The notes under the pieces are model-generated. The model saw nothing but the letters and a program-made list of their open reading frames with translations. It did no database searches and was not told the origin of the DNA. Shown one piece after another: positions 1 to 11,649 of a DNA stretch of 64,000 nucleotides. This DNA comes from Mobula birostris (Eukaryota). The stretch is from the NCBI RefSeq assembly GCF_030028105.1, contig NC_092384.1, positions 36,277,553 through 36,341,552 of the forward strand, written 5' to 3'. Within the stretch, counting starts at the first letter, position 1. Every line of letters begins with the position of its first letter. The position numbers and the translations under genes are program-made.

Positions 1-639
1 CTATTTATTGTTGATGGAACTGTTATTAAAATGCCAGGTGATCAATCTCAACTTTCCTGTTTGTAATATTTAAAATCATTGTATGTTCCAAATTTAGGAC
101 CACAGCTTTCAGCTCCAACTCCACTGGCCAACTTTATCCACATTTTCACAGTTTCCACCTGATTGATTGTCACTGCTGCAGTGTTAGTCTGATCTTTATA
201 AAAGATTTGGTTTGGAAATTGACAGGATATTGCAAAACCATAATAAATACTGAAAGTAGTGAATAGTTACAGCTAATCAGCAGCACCTGCATAATAATAA
301 TAAAAAAGAAAATTTGAAATATATAACATGAAGTAAGAAAGGTTACTTTAGCTTGCCCATATACTGGCAATGCCTCATTCTGTTCCTGCTGTTCCTTCTC
401 ATTTAATTCTAGCAATTTCCTTTCTTGTCTTTCATTTCTTCCAATTACTTATGGGATGTGGACATTTCTGGCGAGGTCTGTATTTATTAGCTATCCTGAA
501 TTGCCCTTCAGAAGCTGGTAGTAGGCCAATTTATTGAACCATAGCAGTTCTTCTGATATCTTGGACAACTATGGCCATGAAGCTGAAATTATCAAAGTGC
601 CATAGGTCTTGATGTGGGTGTCAGCCCAAAATTGTGACT

Positions 640-695
640 GTTTCTTCCTCCACATAGATGCTGCCTGACCTGCTGAGTTTCTCCAACATTTTGTG
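640..695 (+). repeat. Penelope pseudo-LTR tail fragment
   Basis: catagatgctgcctgacctgctgagtttctccaacattttgtg matches the pLTR tail at 19403-19445 in this window. Confidence 0.7.
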
Positions 696-1334
696 AGTAA
701 AATGCATCAGGGTTGTCTGAGGAGTTGTGGATGCATGTGGGAAGTAGGTCAAATGGGAGAAAAAGTCTAATCAAAGTACAAAGAAATATTTACTGTGGGA
801 CCTAAAGAGAGCAGTGTGTACACTGGGACTGTCTTGCTTGTGAACCTTAGAAGGTAGAAGTGGATTATGTTTTCTTAGGAGAGGATGTTTGTGACTGTTA
901 TGAAAATTAAGCCTGACGTTTGCCTGATGGTGGGGTCATCGCTCAAACAGAGGTAATGTCACTCCATCTCCACAGCTAGAGGTCACTTTACAAACAGCGA
1001 AACACGTCCCTGTCAGCTGGTTTTCTGATAACATTGGGCTTAATCTTTAAAGAGCTAAGTGGTGCAAATTCAGAGTTGCATAGTTAAAGTGTGTGAGTGA
1101 GTGGAAATGCTGAAATAGTTCATATCACTTGGTGATTTGCAGTGAAAGTTGGTGAGATGCCAAAGGGAAGGATCCAGGTGGATTTGAAGAGGTGAAAAAT
1201 GGTCTCTTGTGTGGGATGAAAACTTCCAGAAAAATAAATGAGTACAGAGGTGAAAGCAGTGAGAAAAAGAATTCAAGTCATATGAAGCTGACTCACTGAG
1301 GGGTTAAGGGCATGAAGCTGAGAACTCCACTGAG

Positions 1335-1960
1335 TTCCTTGTTCAAGTTCTGGAATGTCAACATCACTGAAGATCCATCCTGGTCCCAACATATTGATGC
1401 AATTCAAAAAAGGCACGACAACGGCTATATTTCTGTAGGAGTTTAAGGAGACTCCTACAAAGAATCCTGCTAATTTCTACATTCTAAACGGACGTATCAC
1501 GGTCTGGTATGGAGGGTCGACTGCACAGGATCGGAAAAAGTTGCAGGAAGTTATAAGTTCAGCCAGCTCCCTCATAGGTGCTAGGACCACCCCCCCGCCC
1601 CCAGCATCGAGGACAATTTCAAAAGGTGATACCTCAAAAAGTGGGCATCCATCATTAAGAACGCCCATCACCCTAGACATGCCCTCTTCCTGCTGCTACC
1701 ATCAAGGAAGAGGTACAGGAGCCTGAAAACACAATTCAATGTTACAGGAACAGCTTTTTCCCCTCTGCCATCACAGATTTCTGAATGGACAATGAACCTA
1801 TGTATACCACCTCTCTATTTTCTTTACTCTCCTTTTGCACTACTTAATCAATTTAATTTTTATATACGTTTCTTATTATAATTTAGTTGTTTATTTTTAT
1901 TATGTATTGCAATATACTGCAAATTTTACAACAGTGATATGAAATCTGATTCTGATTCTG
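1335..1960 (+). mobile_element. Rex1/Babar-type LINE, 3' fragment (degenerate)
   Basis: Homologous to 12040-12530 and 61960-62400 (FKFLG..ITED..WS.HI, KKARQRLYF, KDPHHP motifs); ends in a (gattct)n tail. Confidence 0.85.
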
Positions 1961-2044
1961 ATCATTTTGGTTCAAAAAATGGAAAATGAGAAGGATCAGT
2001 TAAATCTCGGTAAAATGTGAGATTGAGAGTAAAGGACAGTACAC

Positions 2045-2315
2045 TGGCAGAGAAGCTGGAGCTGTTCCCTCAGCTCCAACATGGGCAGTCCAATCCTGTT
2101 GCTTGGGCAGAGTTTGTATATTCTCTGGTGACCATGTGAATCTTTGCTGAGTGTTCTGTTTTCCTCCCATATCACAAAGAGGTGCTGGTTGGTACATCAA
2201 TTTGTGCCTGTGAATTACCCCTGACGTATGTTTGGAGCATCAATGTGGGATATAAAGTCACATTAGAGAGAATAGGTTCCTGCTGGAAGGGATCTGATGG
2301 TGCTGTACGACAACC
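2045..2315 (+). mobile_element. V-SINE (HE1-like), degenerate
   Basis: V-domain-like gagtttgtatattctc..gtgaccatgtg..gtgttctgttttcctcccatatcacaaaga. Confidence 0.65.
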
Positions 2316-2984
2316 AGCATTAACTACACATACTTCTTTCTCCGTCACAAGGAGACACAAAAGTATGGAAATATGAGTGATGTAGGTAGAGGGATATCCC
2401 GAGGAACAATGATTCAATAGAACATTTCCATCGAAGAACTGTTGGAGCTTGTGATCCTTCATTCCTGAAAGAAGTTTTTTCTTCAGGTGACAGATGAGGC
2501 AGAAGTGAACAGAAACTAAAGCAGGACAGATTTGAAAATGAGTGACTGGGCAATGCTGAGACTTTTTTTTGGCACCTGGAAAGAAGAAAAAAGAGAATAA
2601 TTTAAATCTGATATTTCCAAAGGCATTGTGCAATTTGCCTAATAAGGAGCTTTGTTATTGGCTGCTTTGTGTGTCTATTTTTAAACTCTCTGCCTCATAA
2701 TTCTGCTGCAAGGGATCCCTGTTTGGACAGAATGATTGAAACCAGAACTTTTGAGAAATGAACAGGGGAAAAAAAATCAAATACCAAAAGCCTACCTTCA
2801 TTATATAGCATGTTTCCTCCTTTGAGCGCTAATGAATTTATTGTGACAGAATTTGGGATCCTGCACATACCTGTGAACAGAATTATTAGTGGTTGGTGAC
2901 TCTGTTGTGATAATAATAAATGTATTTGATAATGATGATCTGCAAAATAAATCTTTCAACTTGACCACATTTGCTATCAACATG

Positions 2985-3290
2985 CCATTCTCTTTATCTC
3001 TGTCTCCTTCATATCTGTTCTGATGATGATCTTACCAATGCTTACAATGTCTCCCATTTTTAAAAATCTGATAATTTCCTTCACCATGGTTGACAGTTAC
3101 CTGGCTCCATGCATCCCTGTTCCTCCTTCTAAAACAGCGAAAGGGGCTCTTGCATTCAGCAGATCACCCTCCACTGTTTCTGGCACCCTGAGCGTGATGC
3201 CAACACCAAATGCACCTTAACCTCATCTCCCTCTCTGAAAGTGCCATTCCCTCCGGTTCATTCTGGTTCATTCCTCAACTTTCACCATTG
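2985..3290 (+). mobile_element. Old Penelope-like fragment
   Basis: Weak similarity to the reverse complement of about 18050-18330 (e.g. gagcgtgatgccaacaccaaatgcacctt). Confidence 0.45.
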
Positions 3291-3946
3291 CACATTACGC
3301 CCAGCCAATGCCACATAGGAACTGCACATTGCACTGATTTGAGAATATAGGTGCTTAGGTAGAAAGTTGAAAAGCAGAACTTCCAGGGTAGTAATCTCTG
3401 GGCCATGTGCCAGTAGTTCTAAGAATAGGCTGAGTTGGCAGATGAATGCATGGCTGAGGAATTAGTGCAGGAGGCAGGGTGTCCCATTTAAGGATCATTC
3501 AATCTCTTCTGGGGAAGGTATGGCCTGTACAAAAAGAACGGATTACACCTGAACCTGAGAGGAGACTTACATCTTTGAGGGCAGGTTTGATGGAGCTGTT
3601 GGGGAGTGTTTAGGTTTAAGGTGGGATGGGAATTGGAGTGATAGGGCTGAGGATGGGACAGTTGCTATACAAGTAGATGCGGTGTGCTTTGAGATTGTGA
3701 GGAAGGATAGGCATTTGAGAGGGCAAAATTGCAGTAAGTGGGATGAGTTGAATTGTAACATGGGAGCAAAATCAAAAAGGGGTGATGAATACAGGACCAA
3801 AGGTGGTGTACTTGAATGCACATAGTATACAGAATAAGATAGATGATCCTGTAGCACAGTTAGAGATTGGCAGATATGACTCTGTGGGTATCACTGAGTT
3901 GTGGCTGAAATAAGATCATAGTTGGGAGCTTACCATCCAAGGATAC

Positions 3947-4188
3947 TGTTGTGTATTTAATATTTCAATGGTATTTGAGTAATAATGTAAACATATTGGT
4001 AGATTAGACATTTTTTCTTCGTTTAAATAATTCATTATTGGTTATAAGTGATTGCATATGTCATGATGCCACCCATGTGAAATGTGTGCACTCACTTATA
4101 GTAAAAACAAAACATACACAAGTCATCTTCAGCTCTCCCTTCTTTTTATTTTGATTAGTTTTATGTCTTGGAGTTACAAAATATAACA
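3947..4188. mobile_element. Small solo LTR (242 bp) inserted in CR1
   Basis: TGTT...AACA termini with short imperfect inverted ends; 5-bp TSD GATAC/GGTAC (1 mismatch); the CR1 sequence rejoins when it is removed. Confidence 0.7.
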
Positions 4189-4531
4189 GGTACACATTGT
4201 ATCAAAAGGACAGGCAGGTAGGCAGAGGGGGTGGGGTGGCTCTGTTGGTAAAAAAAATAAAATCAAACCCTTAAAAAGGGGTGACATAGGATCAGAAGAT
4301 GGAGAATCCTGTGGATAGAGTTAAGAAACTGCAAGGGTCAAAAAACCTCGATGGGAGTTTTGCACAGGCCTTCGAACAGTAGACATGATGTGAAGTACCA
4401 ATTAGAACGTGAGGTAGAAAAGGCATGTAAAAGAGCCAATGTTACAATAGTCATGGGGGATTTCAGTAAGCAGGTAGACTGGTGCTGGGTCCCAAGAGAA
4501 GGATTTTGTAGAATGCCTGCATCTGTAGAAT

Positions 4532-4628
4532 GGATAACCCGAGGTAATTTGTAAAGCCAAGTACATGTTCGGCACAGCATTGTGGGCTGAAGGGCCTGTA
4601 CTGTGCTGTAGGTTTTCTATGTTTCTAT
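4532..4628 (+). mobile_element. Short CR1 3' tail nested in CR1
   Basis: ggcacagcattgtgggctgaagggcctgtactgtgctgtaggttttctatgtttctat is a typical CR1 3' end with an 8-bp tandem tail. Confidence 0.75.
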
Positions 4629-5090
4629 GAGATGGCTTTTCTGAGCAGCTTGTGGTTGAGCCCACTATGGGAAAGGCAATTTTGGATTGGGTGTTGTGTA
4701 ATGAATCAGATTTGATTAGGGAACTCAATATGCTCTGTTGCTTCACTCACAGATTACCTGAATGCCTTTTATGCATGCTACGAAAGGGAGAATAAAGCTA
4801 CCCCTGCGCAAATCCTTACAGCATCTGGTGACCCTGCCTTGGAGGCTGACGTCAGAACATCTTCCAAGAGGGTGAACCCTTGCAAGGCATCAGGCTCTGA
4901 TGATGTACCTGGTAGGGCTCTGCTGCATTCGGAAATTCTGTTTCAAGAGGGTGACAATCGTACTGGTGCCCAAGAGGAGCTCACATCTACTGTGATGAAA
5001 CACTCTGAGAGGTTGGTCATGGCCAGATCAACTCCTGCCTAAAAAAGGACCTGGACGTCCTGCAAATTGTCTATTGCCTCAACAGGTCTA

Positions 5091-5295
5091 CTAGCTGACT
5101 GGTGGTATAGTGACATCTGCACCGGACTTTGAGGTGAGTGGTCCTGGCTACAAATCCAGCCAACTCCTTGCATACTTTCTATCCTTGTTGGGTTGAGCGT
5201 TGAGCTAGCAAATTAGCCTCGTAAAAAACAAACAAAAATGCTAAATAAATGGCAAGGTTGCTGGCTGATGCACCACAAAGTATGGAAACAAACAA
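5091..5295 (+). mobile_element. tRNA-derived SINE with RTE-like body
   Basis: 11-bp TSD CAACAGGTCTA (5080-5090) / CAATAGGTCTA (5296-5306); A-box-like tggtggtatagtg; B-box-like ggctacaaatcc; short A-rich tail. Confidence 0.65.
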
Positions 5296-6202
5296 CAATA
5301 GGTCTAGAGTGGATACAATCTCAACGGCTCTCCACGCAGCCTTGGACCGCCTAGACAATACTATTACCTACATCAGGCTGCTGTTTGTTGATTACAGCTC
5401 AGTGTTCAACACCGTCATACACTAGAATCAACAAGCTCCAGGATCTGGGCCTCTGTGCCTCCGACTGGAGCAGGATCTTTAACTTTGTCACGGGATCAGA
5501 AATGACATCTCCTCCTTGATGACAATCAACACTAATTCACCTCAAGGATGCATGCTTAACTTATTTCTCTACATGCATGACCGTGTGGCTAGGCACAGCT
5601 CAAATGCCATCTATAAATTTGCTGACAATGCAGCTATTGTTGGCGGAACTTCCGATGTTGACAATGAGGTGAACAGGAGTGCGATGGATCAGCTGATTGA
5701 GTGGTGTTGCAGTAATAACCTTGCACTCAACATCAGCACAACCAAAGAACTGATTGTGGACTTGAGGAAGGGGAGACGACGGATCACACACCAGTCCTCA
5801 TCGAGGGATTAGTAGTGGAAAGGGTGAGTAGATTCACGTTCCCGGGTGTCAACATCACTAAAGATCCAGCCTGAGCCCAACTTATCGATGCAATTACAAA
5901 GAAGGCACAACAGTAGCTATATTTCATTCAGAGTTGGAGGAGACTTAGTACGTTACCAATGACGAGTGCAAGTTTCTACAGGTGTATTGTGGAGAGCATC
6001 CTAACTGGTTGCATGACCGTCTGCTATGGAGAAGCCACTACACGAGACCAGAGAAAGCTGTCAACAGTTGTAGACTTATTACGCCATTATGGGCACTAGC
6101 CTCCCAGCATCGAGGACAACCTCAAAAGGCAATGCCTTAAAAAGGCGGTATCCACCATTAAGGACTCCCGTCACCCAGGACAAGCCCTCTTCTCATTTCT
6201 AC

Positions 6203-6794
6203 TGTATCTCTCGCTTCCGCTAGTGGCTTAATATAGGGGATGATAGCCTCCCCCCACCACCCCCGGCCCAGCCAAATTTAAGAAATCTCATTTGGATGGA
6301 TGCTGCACGATGTGTCCCTGGTTACAAATCAGTACCACGAGATAACAAACAGTACACAATATGCAATCAAATGAATAAGCTTTATAATTCTTAATTTGAC
6401 TATATGATTAGTAAAGAAAACAAAAAAAGAAAAAGGGCCCATTCCCATGAAACAGTCTAAGGCATAACGTTGGAGCTCACGGATAAGGCTGTTTGTCCAC
6501 CATCGACCTCCTCCAATCGTCTGTGACCTTCGGACCCTCGCTTCAAGTCCACTCCATCCGAGGTCTACCAACTCTCTCCATTCGCGTCTTCTCTCCTCAT
6601 CTCTCCTCGGCAAAAGACTGCGAACTCCTGGCTCCCAGACATACAAGAAAGAACAACATCCCGCTCATTGGCTAGCATGCCCCGTTATCTCTAGTCCTAA
6701 CCCAAACATTGCTGCTCAGAGAAACCATTACCTCAGCAGTGGAACATTACAGAGAAGCCACTACATGAGCAGTGAAACCTTACAGCGTGTTACA
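6203..6794 (-). mobile_element. Solo LTR (592 bp), Gypsy-type
   Basis: TGTA...TACA termini; exact 4-bp TSD CTAC (6199-6202, 6795-6798); splits a Rex1 3' region; strand inferred from resemblance to the LTRs at 47457 and 50102. Confidence 0.9.
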
Positions 6795-6879
6795 CTACCA
6801 TCAATAATGATATACAGGAGCCTGAAATACACTCACTTAAGGATTCAGGAACAGCTTTGTCCCCTTCACCAGCATAATG

Positions 6880-8692
6880 GACAATGAAGGTTCTAGAGGA
6901 CTGGGAAATTGCAAATGTCATTCCATGCTTTAAGAGGGGAGAGAGTCAGAATAAACGAAATTATAGGCCAGTCAACCTGACTTCAGTGGTTGGGAAGGTA
7001 TTGCAGTCCATTATGAAGAATGAGGTTTTGAGGTACTTTGAGGCATATGATGAAATGACCATATAACAATTACAGCACGGAAAGAGGCCATCTTGGCCCT
7101 TCTAGTCCGTGCCAAACGCTTACTCTCACCTAGCCCCACTGACCTGCACTCAGCCCATAACCCTCCATTCCTTTCCTGTCCATATAGCTATCCAATTTTA
7201 CTTTAAATGACAATATCGAACCTCCCTTTACCACTTCTGCTGGAAGCTCGTTCCACACAGCTACTACTCTCTGAGTAAAGAAGTTCCCCCTCATGTTACC
7301 CTTAAACTTTTGCCCCCTAACTCTCAAATCATGTCCTCTTGTTTGAATCTCCCCTATTCTCAATGGAAAAGGCCTATCCACGTCAACTCTATCTATCCCT
7401 CTCATAATTTTAAATACCTCTATCAAGTCCCCCCTCAACCTTCTACACTCCAAAGAATAAAGACCCAACTTGTTCAACCTTTCTCTGTAGCTTAGGAGAT
7501 GAAACCCAGGTAACATTCTAGTAAATCTTCTCTGTACTCTGTCTATTTTGTTGACATCTTTCCTATAATTCGGTGACCAGAACTGTACACTCCAAATAAG
7601 CCAAAGTCAGCCTGGTTAATTCAGGGGAAATCTTGTCTGACAGATCTATTGGAATTCTTTAAGGGAATAACAAACAAGGTTGGCTGCCAGTGATTAGTGG
7701 TGTTCGTCAGGGGTCGGTTTTGGGACCACTTCTTTTTATGCTGTATATAAATGATTTTGATGATGGAATAGAGGGCTTTATTGCCAAGTTTGCAGATGAT
7801 ACAGAGGTTGATGGAGGGGCAGGTAGTGTTGAGGAAACAGGTAGTCTGGAGAAAGACTTAGACAGATTAGGAGAATGGGCAAGAAAGTGGCAAATGAAGT
7901 ACAATGTTGGAAAATGCATGGTCATGCACTTTGGTAGTAGAGATAAACGTGCAGACTGTTTTCTAAATGGGGCGAAAATCTAAAAATCTGAAATGCAAAG
8001 GGACTTGGGAGTCCATGTGTAGAACACCCTAAAGGCTAATTTGCAGTCTGAGTTGATGGTGATGAAGGCAAATGTAATGATAGCATTCATTTCAAGAGGC
8101 CTAGAATACAAGAGCTTTATAAGACACTGGTGAGGCCTCACTTTGAGTACTGTGAACAGTTTTGGGCTCCTTATCTAAGAAGAGATGTGCTGGCGTTGGA
8201 GAGGGTTCAGAGGTAGTTCACAAGGATGATTCTAGGAATGAAAGGGTTGTCATACGAGGAACATTTGATGGCTCTGGGTCTGTACTCACTGGAATTTAGA
8301 AGGATGAGTGGCGATCTCATTGAAACTTTTCAAATGTTGAAAGGCCTGGACAGAGTAGATGTTGAAAGGATGTTTCCCATGACGGGGGAGACTAGGACAA
8401 GAGGGCACAGCCTCAGGATAGAGGGATGTCCATTTAAAACTGAGATGTGGAGAAATTTCTTTAGCCAGAGGGTGGTGAATTTGTGGAATTTATTACCTTG
8501 TGCAGCTGCGGAGTCCTGGTCCTTGGGTGTATTTAAGGCAGAGGTTGATCAGTTCTTGATTGGACATGGCATCAAAGGCTATGGGGAGAAGGCTGGGGAG
8601 TGGGGCTGAGAAAGGGAAAAAAGGACCAGCTATGATTGAATAGCAGAGCAGACCTGATGGACCAAATGGCCTAATTCTACTATGTCTTATGG
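6880..8692 (+). mobile_element. CR1 LINE, 5'-truncated (RT to 3' UTR), internal deletion near 7680
   Basis: NYRPVNLTS, GVRQGSVLGPLLF, KFADDT, LGLYSLEFRR, TRGHSL; CR1 3' end. Confidence 0.95.
7057..7593 (-). mobile_element. CR1 3' fragment inserted antisense in CR1
   Basis: Minus-strand ORF 7130-7516: ERLNKLGLYSLECRRLRGDLIEVFKI..TRGH..WNELP; the host sequence resumes at aaataagccaaagtcag. Confidence 0.92.
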
Positions 8693-8699
8693 TGTAAAA

Positions 8700-9070
8700 T
8701 AGAGATAAGGTGGAATTTCTTTTCAGCAGGGAGTAATGGATCTGTGGGATACATTGCCACAGGCGGCTGTGGAGGCCAGAACTCCTTTTTCTTTCTTTTG
8801 CCCGTTATGCCACTGGCATTTGGGGCAGCAACGAAGGTCCTCCATCTCTGTTCATGGCTTCCTTCATTGTGTCAGTAGCTTCCAAGAGGCCAGGTGACTG
8901 GGTTTATTTAAAGCAGAGGTTGATAGGATCTTGATGCATCAGAGCATCAAAGTTTACGGGGAGAATGCATGAGAATGGGTTGGAGAGGAATAATAGATCA
9001 GCCATGATGAATGGCAGAGCTGACCTGATGGCCTGAATGGCCTAATTCAACTCCTGTGCCTTATGGTCTG
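8700..9070 (+). mobile_element. CR1 3' fragment
   Basis: Parallels 8440-8690 (tttaaagcagaggttgata..., gaatggcctaattc, ttatggtct). Confidence 0.85.
8780..8885 (-). mobile_element. RTE-type LINE 3' tip inserted in CR1
   Basis: 8-bp TSD GAGGCCAG (8772-8779, 8886-8893); minus strand reads RWRTFVAA, typical of RTE C-termini; A-rich tail. Confidence 0.65.
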
Positions 9071-11649
9071 CTGTTTAGCCTTTCCTCTAACCCGATCAGC
9101 TTCTCAAATCATCCAGGCGATGCAGTGATTAATTTCAAACATTTTTCACTTTGGAACACTGTATTCACAATTCACAATGTGACTTCCTCACAAGGAGAGT
9201 GAACACAGAGACTGCCTGCCCATTTGATAGATCATCTTGACTCTGTTTGCTGATGCAGTTACAAGCTTCTTGTCACATGTAACTTTAATTCTCCATGAAC
9301 ACGGTGTGGCAAAGACTGTAGTATTCCTTAAAAGTCTATTCACTTCAGTGCCGTTCACTCTTGTACCTCAGGAACACATTTGCAGAGCCCAAGAGGTTGG
9401 GAGGAATTATGGGTTAATTGATGGGTCGGTGAGAGGTAGATTTTAAGGTGTGAAGTGAGGGATTAAGGGAAGGAATTGTAGATGATAGTATGCTCCTGTC
9501 TGAAGATATTGTCATCAGTGTTGAAATGAAAAAGTAGGGTATATTGGGTGGCAGAATCAAACAAACAGAGTGCGTGAATTGCAGAGTTGAGGGAGGTAGG
9601 GGGTCCTACAATATATCTTGGAAAAGGGAGCAAACTGTGTACACAAAGCTACGTTTTAGTTAACATTGCTGACAGGCTTTTGCACAATGGTATTTTTAGT
9701 CTTGCAGGTGAACTGCATTTGCAAAACCTTGAAAATTAGTATGCAGGCAAACATTGCAAAAGCTCAAAGTACATGACACTTCAAGTAGATTGTCATTGCC
9801 GCCTATACTACAGACACTAATCAAGATCAAAGTTTTCAGTGATATATGTTTTAGATTTCCCACAAATTTGATTGAAGACATGCTGCTGAAGTATATTTGG
9901 TGCAGTTATGCCGCATTAGACTCAATTTATCTATCACCACTTTGCTACTATTGATTTATTTTTAAATTAGATGAAGGCAATCAGTAAGTTCACCCAATCA
10001 AATCCCAAAAAACATAGAGGAGATAGACAATTTAGTGTAATCAATTGTGAAACTCTGGGATTTGCTGGCGTTCAATGCAGACCATAAATTTAGACTATAT
10101 CTTGCAAGTTAGCAACTAATAAAACAAGTGCCCGTGACAGGAAAGAAAATACATGAACATAAGAAAAAGTGAAATGGGAGAAATCCATTTAGCCAATCTA
10201 GCATGTTCCACTATTATCCAGACTTCAATGATGCGGCTCACACTATATCTTGCTTTTCTATTGTTAATTCAAACTTCTTCTCAACTTCCAATTATACTGA
10301 TATTATTCCTGTCTCTTCGTAAGCCTATATTTTTATTCCTCTCATTCCCTCTTACTTTAAATCTACATTTTCATTTATGTCTAACTGTACGTTTCAACAT
10401 GAAAAAATAAGTTACTCCAAAATGAAAGTACACATTCTAATACTTCAGAGGTAGTATTTATTTTCAAAGCATCTGATTTCTTCATTTCAATGCTCACATT
10501 GTGCTGATTGAGAGCAATTATTAATGAGACGGTTTCTAATTGGACCAGTGGTCTGTTTCAGTAGCTTATGGTCATTATTCACATCCTCAGTAAGTGAATT
10601 GAATATCCATTTGGGTTTCCACAAAATAGAGGAAATTAAATTATTAGAAAGGATGATCAACATTAAATGAATAATTAGCAACATTCAGTATTGTATTAAT
10701 AAATAGGCCATACTTTAAATACAAGAAAGGATTTAGCCATCGATGAAGTGTGAAAGGGGAAATTACTCTACATTTCTTTCAAGCAGACATTGTTACATGA
10801 CTTGGCTTACTTTCATTGTCTCCGCGAAGGGATTGAGTTTATGCTGTGCCTCATCATTAAAATGCCACTCTGAATGGCATTTGCAGAGTGGCATTCTGCA
10901 GCAATGGTGCAAAGGTCAACTGGTGAATGTTGCACCATTTCAGATTGACACCAGTAAGTAGCAGGAAATTCTCAGTACTTTCTTTCACCCAACAGCACCA
11001 AAGACAGAGTAAGTAGTCCTTCATCATTTTCGCCTTTGCAGAATCCTCTTTTACACAAAATGGGTGATGTGCTTGCAACAATTATTTTATGTGTTACTCT
11101 GGATTTTCAGATTCTCCAGAATCTCTTATGTTTATGAATGACTGTATTTGTCCCTCTTTAGAATATTTTTTGAACAGTGAGGTGCAATATACAGTATATA
11201 CGCTTATTTTCTTTAACAAATATTGTTTGTAACTATGACAATTCTTCTGTTCAAATAAATTTTGCTAACAATCAAAAAAACTATTTATCTATTTGTACAA
11301 TTGTGACCAACTCTAGGTAATATTTCTGCTTATTGTACGTTCTGTTAGCATTAGCATTGTGCATATACTCTGTTAACTTTCCTCATCATGTCTGCATTTA
11401 GAACTCTTTTATTTACTGACAAGGTGCTGACAAAGTAAACATTTATTTATGAACAATGGCATCTACACTGTCTGGACCCCTGGACCCCTTTCCCTTTGGA
11501 GGAAGTGCACATAGCCTGTGATGAGAAGCTTTAATTTAACTGCTTTAAGTTTACACAGACATTACCAATGCTATTCTGAACAATGGAATTGATAATGGAA
11601 TGGAAAAAAAATAGTATTTTTAAAACGGATTTTGACTCTGTATCTCTCT

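Larger units (their letters stand above)
3350..4730 (+). mobile_element. CR1 LINE 5' part (ORF1 remnant plus APE endonuclease), interrupted
   Basis: Endonuclease motifs GITELWL, HRPSN, TIVMGDF, ILDWVLCN; homologous to 30560-31090. Confidence 0.85.
4750..6880 (+). mobile_element. Rex1/Babar-type LINE (RT and C-terminal region), degenerate, with two insertions
   Basis: KASGSDDVP, SPQGCML, YKFADN, LALNISTTKELIVDLRK motifs. Confidence 0.9.

Noticed and set aside
170-415. Minus-strand ORF with a charged start (LELNEKEQQEQNE) and a possible GT donor near 345
   Set aside because: No convincing acceptor and no recognisable domain; explained by purine-rich low complexity
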